Shown here in pieces: positions 12,268 to 23,606 of a stretch of 64,000 bases of DNA. Numbering within the stretch: the stretch's first letter is position 1; every line of letters starts with the position of its first letter. The stretch comes from Yuukianura sp. NJ FZ-2021. Taxonomy: Eukaryota. The notes beneath the pieces are model-generated. The model did no database searches. It had not been told where the DNA came from and worked only from the letters and a program-made list of their open reading frames with translations. The translations under genes and the position numbers were made by a program. Where the stretch lies: NCBI GenBank assembly GCA_046563655.1, contig CM102288.1, positions 1,116,001 through 1,180,000 of the forward strand, in the 5' to 3' direction.

Positions 12268-15200
12268 ATGCCAGGGAGCACGACAACAATTGGATGTTCA
12301 ATATCAAATACTAGCAACAATTGGAATCAAATTCAACGGGTTAGCGGAAGTACGAGGAGAAACGGTGAACATATTGACGTTTGGTCTGGATCCAACGTGT
12401 CGGATTTAATGGCAACTCAAACAGAGAAACCATCGCATTACAGGTACCTTTACATTTACGTCATAATGGAAGTTCAATTGTGCATGTGATTCCGTATAAC
12501 ATGTAGAGTAATCGTTCTGTTCGGCCATTTTCTATTATAATCACATCAATAATCCCTTCGTCTTCACTTCGTCCTAATTCGGACTCTTTGTTTCTAAGTT
12601 CTTTAGGATTTGCTACACTAAATCCATGATTTACGTCAAGTGAAGTCAATCTACGTCATTGAGAAGTCGCAAATTGCAACGATGAAGTCAAAAGTCAATG
12701 AACTGTCAATGTCAATCCACTTATGACAATATGACACGTTGCGTTAGAACGTTTACCACTTGACCTTTCTTTTTAAAAGTTCAACATCCGATCCCGTCCC
12801 GATTTTAAACGCTGCTAAAATCAGTTCATTCTGGGACTAATCTGTAGGTCGTTTTGTTGCTTGACATTGAATTTAAATTGGTTTTGTTTGCACGAAAAAT
12901 TAATGACAAAGAGATGATCTGCAAGTAGAAGCGTAAAAAGTTAGGATATTTCAGAAGATGACGGTTGAGGAAAGGAAGATGATGTGTTGTTTTTAAAGTT
13001 TTGTTTTTATTCTTTCATTTTAGAGTTGGCTGAACTCTCCGTTTGCTTCGCACGTCAAGGTCACTTTTACTTTTTTAAGCGTTGGGGATTGACTTTTAAG
13101 TTCTTTCTCTATATCAACTTTGCTTTTCATTTTTTCGTATCATGACAAGATACACCTCTAAATGTCAACTTGGACATACTATTTAATGTTAAACCCAAAA
13201 ACAGTAGTGTCGAAATAACGCTTAGGTTGACAGAAAGTTGAGATGCTTACATGTGTGTTTTGATTGTGCTGACATAACTCTTTCGTCGCAAAGAGATGTG
13301 CCAGGTTTAAATTCATATTTTGCAATTTGTACAATTCAGACTAAAATGCCAGGATAATTGAAGTTTTTTTTTTTAAATAATAAGTTTTGCTCAAACACTT
13401 CTGTTTCTGTATGGGCAAGGCCACTTGATAAATCTGGTTTTTTTAGTTGCAGGTTTTTAACGAATCCTTTGTCAAATTCAATTTGTGCAATTGCAATTTC
13501 AGTTTACTTCAATATGGATAAATCAAAAACGCAATTTATATATAGACACTTAATTTTTTGATGATGGTGATGACGATAGTAGGTGATTGATTATAATGAT
13601 CTCAATTCCGTGTTAATTTTACCGTAGAGATCGGTTCCCTCGCGGTTTAGTTTTTTCGTAAATCGAAATCCAGTTTTTTGAGTTTTGTTTTTACAAAATC
13701 CTGTTTAGAATTGGATCCCGTTCGTTTTACGAACTAGTTTTCAATAATTTTTAATGAAGTCAGTTGATCCTGAGAGGTAATTAATAAATTAGAGTCAAAG
13801 TGTAACATTTAGTACGAACTTTTTAAAACTAAAAAAAGTGCAAGTCGGGTGTTTATTTTTTTTTGTACCGGGTATTGAGGAAACAACGATGGTCTAATTC
13901 TGTTTTCATTTTTTTAATTTTAGATATCTGAAGGAGTTTCGTGTAGAGCAATGTCAACTATTTCCGCAACATAAATGCTCTCAACATAGACCGTTTACAT
14001 GTTTTAATTGGCACTTTCCTAACCAGAAGCGCCGTCGGCCGGTGCGTAAACGTGATGGAACCTTTAATTACTCACCGGATAACTACTGTACTAAATACGA
14101 TGAAGCATCAGGCACTTGCCCTGATGGAGACGAGTAAGTTTACACTTTTGTTTGTTTGTTTTTCAAAAGTCATAACTTGTTGCTTTTCTAAACTGGATTT
14201 TGTGTTTATGGTTTTCAGTTGCCCTCTGTTACATCGGACTGCAGGGGATACTGAGCGGAGATATCATTTACGGTACTTCAAGACTTGTATGTGCGTATAT
14301 GAAACGGATAATCGTGGATTTTGTACGAAAAATGGAGCCCATTGTGCTTTTGCACATGGAGAAGGGGACAAGAGGCCTCCAGTCTTTGATATACGAGAGC
14401 AACAGGTGAAATGGCGACATCAATTTATAGGTTTAGCGTTTGTAACGAATATTTGTCGATTTCAATACTTATGTTATGTATTTTACTTGTTTCAGAATGG
14501 AGATGGTTCGGAAGAATCAATTTTAAATGGACCTAATCAGTTAGATAAAGAACGAAATATGATGGTGGACGATCCGAAGTGGCAAGGTAAGTTGAGACAT
14601 AATTTCTGAATCTGTCTGAAATCTGAAAATCTGAAATCCAAAACTTAACACTTGGAATCATGTGGGATTTGTTTTTATTTCAGATGCGAATTATGTATTG
14701 GCTCATTACAAAACTGAAATTTGCAAGAGACCGCCGAGACTTTGTCGGCAAGGTACGTTGAAACTTGTAGTAGTTTGACTTTTATACAGATTCGGAAGGA
14801 CTAAAAAGTTTACTCGGAATTTTGCATTTTGAAGGTTATGCGTGTCCGCAGTATCACAATGAACGAGATCGTCGCAGATCTCCAAAGCAATGGAAGTACA
14901 GGTCAACACCTTGCCCGAATGTAAAACGCGGAGATGAATGGGGAGAGCCTTCATCGTGTGAAGAATCAGATAATTGCCCATATTGTCATACACGAACGGA
15001 ACAGCAATTTCATCCGGAAATATATAAATCTTCAAAGGTCAATCTCTATATAAAAATGCATGTTTAGATAGAATTTTAGTTGAATTTTATAATTTGATTT
15101 TGGTCATGCAGTGTCACGACGTCTTTCAAAATCAATATTGTCCCCGTGGACCGTTTTGTGCTTTTGCTCATACGGAAGCTGAAATGCAAATCAATAGGAA

Positions 15201-16932
15201 CTTGCCGATGGAGTCTAATTTAGTTTCAGAGATTTTGATGCCGGTGTTACCACAGGGGAAACTAGAAGATTTATCCATCGATAACAATAATCAGTCTGGA
15301 TTGAGTAGTAAGTTCAACTAAACGTTTTAATTTCGTTATTTTCCGTAATTTGAACGTTTGCTTGTTTTTTTTTTCCAGAAACGGAAAACGATTCTAATAA
15401 CGGAACAGATTTCTTTCGGAGTAGTTCTACTCCAGGATCAGCTGTATTTGGAACACAAAGTTTTGCAAGTGCTGTTACACTGTCGTACTCAAGTGCAGCT
15501 AGCAGCAATCTTGGAACTAATAGCAACAATGGACATAGTAAAGGAGTAGAAGATCACATAAAGAAAACTTCTGACACTTCTGAACTTCTAAATGGATCAG
15601 CAGTGAATAATATGAAATTGATTATGGACGGATTTATGCAGGCTGATCCAGAAGGATACAGTTTATTTCCATCAAGTAAGTTCTGAAGCTTTTTATTAAA
15701 AAGTTGATGTTAATTAGTAATTGAAACTTACATTTTTGTAGGACCAAGTAACAGAGAAGAACTAAAGGGCGACGACTCTCCAAATTTGGATAAGGAGACG
15801 GATTCAGAACATTATGGCGGAAGTGATATTTCTTCTTTGAGCGGAGGTATGAAAACGAAACTTTGTCGTTTTACATTTTGCAATGGTTTTCTACAACGTT
15901 TATGCTACGTTTAGGTTCTAAACCAGTGAGCATTCCAAGTCCTGGATATTTTTCGCAACGAGAAAGATTTCCGAGTGGAACTGGAGCAGGATCTTCACCA
16001 ATGCCGACTAATCCACTGCTAAACAACTTTAACTCATTAGGACCAATGTTCACTAAATCTGACTCAATAGATCAGGTAAGTTCTACTCTTTTCAAATATT
16101 TCGCACTTTACAAAATTATGGTTACCTCACGCAAAAATTTCATATTTCAAAATACTTTTGATTTTTATTTATTGAATTTGTTGTTTTAATTGCTTATGTT
16201 CTGTTTTTTGTTCTGTTCTGCCCAACAGGGAAATGAGTATCTAACCAATGTAATCTTTGAATTTTCTCATTCACCACGTCAGAACTCGAGTACAATACTG
16301 CCAGCATCAGCATCTGGAACATCTAATGGCTACGGAAGTACTCCTATACGAAGTGTAATTGGAAATGGATCATCTGGAACTGGAACTATAGGACCTATTG
16401 GAGGTGGATTAGGAAATGGCTTAGGATTTGGAAATGGATCTGCTGGAAGTAGTTTATCATTCGCATACCATAACATGAACATATCGTCACTTGGAGGCAG
16501 TGGCGGTCCGTGGAGTACTGGCGGAATGAGTAATTTGCCAAATATGAATGTTATTGGAAACGGAAGAACAGCATCGGATCTAACATATGCACCATATGCA
16601 ACTCTAAAACACTTACACTTACAACTAAAACAGCAATTGGAAGGTGTAGAAAAGGCATTGGGGGCTCACGAAAAGAATTCGCCGCATTATCCATGCTTAA
16701 ATTGTAAACAGAAAGGTAATTTTTGAAAACTTTCAACAATTTTTTGAAACCTGTTTTTATGACAGAAGAATTTGAGTTGATGGCGATTTTTTTTGCAAAA
16801 ATTTCAGAACGATACAGATCGGTCGTGTTGGTTCCGTGTGACCATCAAGTACTTTGCGTTCAATGTGCACCTAGCTCTGTCTTTTGTCCTCTGTGTCAAG
16901 TTCCGATACAGAGCAGAAAACAAAACAATTGA
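12268..16932 (+). CDS. unk: RING finger / tandem CCCH zinc-finger RNA-binding protein Unkempt (~768 aa; alternative start 12409)
   Basis: 12 exons: 12268-12443, 13924-14133, 14219-14405, 14496-14586, 14684-14752, 14835-15037, 15112-15307, 15379-15675, 15742-15846, 15915-16075, 16229-16715, 16808-16932. Hallmarks: EKPSHYRYLKEFRVEQC, HRTAGDTERRYHLRYFKT, CAFAHG, YRSTPCPNVK, CHTRTEQQFHPEIYKS, and a C-terminal RING CLNC...PCDHQVLCVQC...CPLC. Confidence 0.96.
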
Positions 16933-19320
16933 AGATCTGGCAGACAACGAGCTAAGAACTGGAAAACTAAACTGCAAAATGTGAACTGATCATTGCAAAA
17001 TTTCTTCAAACTTACTCTGGCTCCTGTAAAATGGACGAAGTAGGTATGACGATGTAAGAAAATAACACAAAATTGACGATTAACTTTTAGAAAATAGGTT
17101 TTGACTTTGGATTTTAAAGCGAGGACGAGGATAGTAAATGTTTAAAAAACATAACAAATGGAAACCAAAATTACATAAGTACCTATTAACTATCTTACAC
17201 AATTAACTTTTCATCATGTCTAGACTTACAACTAGGAAACAATTAACTTCTACAAAGGATTTATTCCTTATTTTTCACTCATCGGTTTGGATAATCGCTG
17301 TAAAAAGAGATGGGAGAGAGCGCCGTAATTTTTCTAAATATTTAGCACTCGTAAACGGAGGTTTGACTAAATAATTTTTGGAGGATAATTCAATTATTTT
17401 GTTGTCAATAATTAGCAAAGTGGCTGAAAAGTTCAAAAAATCAAACAAGAACTAAAAGTGGGAAAAAAATAATAACGGTGTATCTCTTAAGGTTTATTTT
17501 ATGTTGTACGTTTAGTGAGATTTTTTACAGTTGAATTATTTGAAACACACTTTTATTATAAGTTAGGTGCAATAAAAATTATTTTTTTTCTTTTTCGCTT
17601 TACTTTTGTTTTTTTTACTTTTTTTTTGTCTAAACTGCAGGAATTTAAACGAATAACTTTTGGTTTGCAGAATTTATTTTCGCAGTTCACCTCATGCACA
17701 GTAGCGCATTCACCGCCGTTTATGTGACATCAAATTTTCCAATTTGCTTTTCATACTATCTGTATGTATCGCTTTTAATTTTCGAAATACTGTTCGGTTT
17801 TGTCAAAGTTAGCGTTTTTGTTTTTAGAGTTGAAATTTTGTAGAACGTGAAACTTAACACTTTGCAACAATTCCAATAAGCGGTCTCACGATTTTCCCCA
17901 AACTTTAAAAAACGAAACGTTATTTTGCTAATCCCGAATTTAATCCGAATATAAAAGCGAATTCTAAATTCTATTGCAAATTTTGTAGTAACTTTACTTT
18001 TTATTTTTATTTATGTAGCTGTTTTTTGAAAGAAATCAAAAAACGTATAAGGGTATTTACTTTTAAATGAATTGCTGTAAACGGTAATAATCAAAAATTG
18101 TATAAAAAAAAGGCTTAATTGAAGAAGACTGGAAGGCGGGACTGGATGACTGGAATTTGGCACTTAACTATATTTTGAGTAACACTGTGCGAAAAAAAAG
18201 TATAACGTTTTGGCTCAAAAGCGTAGAAACTGACACTGTGTGGGCTTAAAAAACTTTTAGGTTAGAGTAAATATATTTGGCAGATTTAATTTTGTGGAGT
18301 TAATTGTTCTGGAATTTGAATGAAAATTTTGAATTTTAGGCATCTAGGAACCAATTAGAGCAAATTTAGTTTTTAGCACTCTACTAATATCAGTAATTGC
18401 TTTGCATTGCTGTAACATGCAAGTATTTTGGATCAATCACTTGTACAATTTTCAGGGAAAAAGTTTTAATTAATCTTAGGAGACGAGGGAAGTATCAAAT
18501 TTGAATTTTAGTAAATTGACTAAAAACGTGTTTAGTTGAAGTACTTAAAGCATGTGTTTTTGGAAATTGAATTTAGGGTGAGAAATATTTTTGAAGCGTT
18601 CGAAATTAAGTTTAAAGTTGAAGAAACATAAAAAACTCCGTGATGCTGATGACTATATAGAGTGAAGGGAACGAAATATTTCAGTATTGGAATTAATATT
18701 AACAAATATCTAAATTGTATATAAATACATACTAATTGTCATTGTATAAACTTTGTGGCGTGTCATGAACTCTGACATTGATAGAAAACACTAAACGAAT
18801 TACGTTTAAAAGTAAACAAGTTGTTTTATTTGCGATTTTGAAAAGGAAAGTTTTATTCAGCGCTAGAGTGAACTTCGCATGTATTCAAGAAAAATAATAA
18901 TTTTCTAGAATTATAATAAGAAACACGAAGATTGTTCAAATTTCGTATAATTGAGTTTTGTTCATTACGTTTTTGACGTAAAGCAAAAAATAAAGTTAAC
19001 TTAAACGTAACGCAGCAATTAACGAAATCGCTGCAATACTTCGCAGTAGGAAGAAAACTAAAAAAACGTCATTATCATATCAACATCATCTCTACCGTCG
19101 TCATCAAGACATCTCTCGTGTTTTACGCTGCTTCATCATTACTAGAATGTTTGGAATTTGAGCAATAGAATGAATTTTTATGACAATAGAGAGATGTGCT
19201 ATTGTTCCTAACATTTTGTTTTGAACTTTGACGTGGCCGTGCGATGACGAAACAAGTGTCGTCGGCCTCTCTCAAAAAAAAGTAGTGCAGTATATTTTTG
19301 AAGCCACGTAACGAATTTTA

Positions 19321-19546
19321 ACCAATGAAAATTGGCGTTATTTGGACCAATGAGCGGTCTCCCCTCGTTTGAAAACTCCGCCTCCTTCCAAACACAAGGA
19401 AAACGACAAGTGAGGCTCCCTTTCTCAACGGCCTTTTCCTTCAGTCTCTCTTTTGTCAAAAAACGAGTGGAACCAACACCTTTTTCATCGCAAAAATTTA
19501 ATCGGAAATTTCGGATTTTGAACGACTCCAAATCATCGTTTGGAAG
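19321..19546 (+). promoter_or_regulatory. H3.3 promoter and non-coding first exon
   Basis: CCAAT boxes at ~19322, ~19331 (reverse) and ~19347. Inr-like TCAGTC at 19441. Strong donor AAG|gtaaga at 19546/7 pairs with acceptor ttacag at 20460 just upstream of the ATG. Confidence 0.6.
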
Positions 19547-20463
19547 GTAAGACTTGTTAAATTCGTTTCCTTGTAGTGTAAGGAGTCGAGAGAGACCAAA
19601 ATTTTGAGTCTAAGGTCAACATTTGACCCAAAATGATTCAAAATTTGAAGAAATTGAAAATGACTCAATTTTTTCTGTTCTCTTCTCTTTTCCGTTCCTC
19701 TCCACTCCGTTTGGTTAGCTCTGCACACAGAACTTTAGTTGCTCCCTACCTCTCACTTTGCCTGTCTGCTCAACTGGCTCTGCTCGATACAAGTGAGGAA
19801 TTGCATTAGAAAAAGCTCTCGTGCGTATGCGTAGAAGCATCGGCTAGTACACAGAAGGAATGGTTAGGTGACACATACGGTAGGGACCGCGCAGAGGGGA
19901 GAACTTTTTGGATTGAAATGGACTTGCTATAGTTTTTGGAGCAATTTGGCACAGTATATACTGAGCATTTACCCAGGTTAATCGAGAATATGCAAGGGAA
20001 CGGGGATAAACAGCGGGGGGACTTTCCATGTAGAAAAAAAAACGAAAAGTTGCGAATTGTGGGCAGTAAAGGTGTGAAAACATAAGCGATGATCTTCGTG
20101 GAATTTAAAAGTTCCGATGAAAACTGCATTCTAAACGCAAAGAAGAGGCGGAGCCTCTATTTTCCAAATTTGGAGGTTTTGTCATTCGTTGTTTTGGCGG
20201 GTTGCGCCCCGGCCCCGCCATATGCGCTAACCAAATGATAAGATGTAAAACAAGTTATCTTTGTGGCTTCCCGGATTGATTGAACTGAAAAGAAAAGCAG
20301 ATTTCAACGGTAATTCGTTAACGCATTTCCAGTCTTCTTCCATTGGTGTGAGATTTTGCGAATTGCTAAACATAATCCTTCTTCAAGTAGCTAAAGTGAT
20401 TCTGGAATCAAGGTATCCTGCTGTTTCATAATCCAATAATAACTGTTGAATTTGTTACAGTGA

Positions 20464-21091
<628 letters not shown>

Positions 21092-22045
21092 ACAGTTACT
21101 TCAAATAATCCCTTCGTAATTTTTTTTTATGTTATGAGGTTACAAATAACGAAGATCCTCAGTCCTAAATGCAACATCTCTAGGAGAGAGGTTCTTATAT
21201 AGCATTTTTTTGTCTACTAAAATGAATTTGAAGGTGTGTAGTAAGTGAAATATGTTCATGATTTGATGTAACTTGTACTTGTCCTAAATATTTGTAAATG
21301 AACTACTCTAAGGTCGATTCTTCTACATGCAAAGAGGGGGATCTTGATTCTTGAACAAATTAACTTAAAATGTTGTGTAATTAATTGACGTAAAGGCAGA
21401 TTCAGGCTGCTTACTTGTTCATAAATCTCGAGAAAGTAAGTTTTAACATCACAATTCAAAAATCAACACTCAAATCCCTCGTTAACATGTAATTGAATTC
21501 CCTTCTTTTTCTACTCGTCCAGTACTTGTTAAATGATCATCCAAAACTTTCACACTTACACCCAAAAATGGTAAATTTCCAATTCAAATAGTAAGTTAAG
21601 TTTTGTAATTGCTACTTTTTAGAAGAAAAAATTAGGTTAGGTAATAATTTTTAAGGTCTATTTATAAACATACACAGAGTTATTAATGATTTCTTGGAAT
21701 GCGTTTTGTTTTTTAGAAAACATAGCAGGACCAACCCCTTTCTCATAAAGTTAAGCCAAAAATGTAATTCAATTTAGTTGAAAAGTGTTAATGAGAGTCA
21801 ACCATTGTTCACTAATTACTAAAATGTTCTTAAAAGTTCAATTTTTGTGGGTTCGGTTTTAACAATGTATTGGCCAAGTTCAAACTCACAATGGGTGTCC
21901 TGCTTTTAAAAAATAAAATAGAGGTGTTCAGCCGAAACGTATTCGAAACGAAGTGGGAACAAGTATGATTTATTTCTAACCTTTAATTAATTGAAGTTAA
22001 CTTGAGTGTTTGTAAAACACTGACGACTAAACTAACGTTTGATAC

Positions 22046-22817
22046 TTACTTACCCACAAGTTTGCGTTCCTTTTCTGTAACTTCTGCCAGTCGAGCCTCA
22101 AGATCTTTAGTTGGAAGTCCACGGTCTTTGTTATGTTGGATTAGCATTACTAATTGAGACTTTTCCAGTCCAGGAATACGTTCCCACAACGATTTCCCAA
22201 GTTCTTCGTCAATGTCGTTCTCTTCCCGAAGAATTCCGAACCAGATGAGGAGACATGCAACGGAAATGACGACTACGTAAGGTTGAAACCAAGGGATGTC
22301 CTTTGCTCCTCGAGGTTGTAGTAAAAGTGTCTCAGTTGCCTTCCATTTTGATGCTTCTGAAGTCGTAAATTGTATTGGAGCATCTAACGTTTCTTCAGTT
22401 CTGGGGCTCCTTGTTCTCTCAGTCCCAGCGATTGAGGTCGCTTGATCACGTTCACGGTCTGATTCTGATGTTGGTTTGCTAGTAGTTTGGTGTTGTGATG
22501 GCACGGACGTCGCATTTCTGAAATGAAAATCATGAAAAGCAATGAATATCAGAGTTCAATGATGACGATCAGTCTTCTGTATCTGTACTTCATTTTGTTA
22601 AGACCAAAATGGACTGCTGCCACTCTCATGAGTTTCATCTTTGATAGGCATTACCTTACCTAACAAAGTAACTGCTTTGAGCGAAGCTTCGACTAGGTTG
22701 GCACAGGATGAAGCGACCTCCATGACCAATCGCTGGATCAGGAGACAATGCTAACAACGATTTATGAGAACGAATAAGAAGCCGCCCGATACTAATAATT
22801 CGTCTCGCTTCGGCCAT
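22046..22817 (-). CDS. UQCC4: CCSMST1 / ubiquinol-cytochrome c reductase complex assembly factor 4 homologue
   Basis: Exons 22817-22660 (MAEARRIISIGRLLIRS..., Arg/Ser-rich transit-peptide-like) and 22517-22046 join in frame. PIQFTTSEASKW, PWFQPYVVVISVACLLIWFGILREENDIDEEL and LWERIPGLE match my recollection of the CCSMST1 family. Confidence 0.8.
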
Positions 22818-23606
22818 CCCGTACCGGTCAGGGATCAACTAGCGGCCGGACTGTTATACTCCGAGCTTTGATGTTTGAATGGAACAGTATCTGTAACAAC
22901 AACCAAAGAGTTTTCATCATTGATTGATCATTATTTAAGACGTAATGTCAAACGGAAGTGCTAAAGAATGAAGTTCCAGACTGGAACTTCCAGTGAGTGG
23001 AAATTGAATAATTCCCTTTTTCCTATTAGAAAGAGTAGAAAGCGTTTGTGTTGAGTGACTCACATGAATGGTAATCGACCGCTAGCCGAAGGCTTTCCAG
23101 GGACCTTGGGGGAAAGCTAATTAGTAATTAGATAATTTTAGAGTGTGAAATTGTTAATTTTTAATGCAAATTAAAAAGTTAACGTGGTCTACCCAACCCA
23201 GAGTTGTTTACTTTTCAGCGATAAAAATCAGCTGGCAGAATATGCAAGTGAGGAACGGTACTAAGCACATGCTTTCAAATTTCTTGGCGGGAATGTACTT
23301 TTCACAGTCATTTGTTATCTTTGGATTTGTTTTTGTTTTTCGCCGTTAGTGAATCAATTAACGGTTAATTAAGAGTACGTGTCAATTACGACATTAACGT
23401 TGCTCAACTCATTTCAATCTGTATGATTGAGAGGTCGTGGACTTTATAATTGGTAAGTAAAAAGTGTTATACATAGGTATAAAACTTGTGAAAATAATTG
23501 ATTCATAATTCTAGATCTGATAAATAACGATTGATAGACATTTTAACACCAGCAGGAGCAACGACCTTGATGTACGATATTTTCGCCGAGCCAACAAGGA
23601 AATGCG

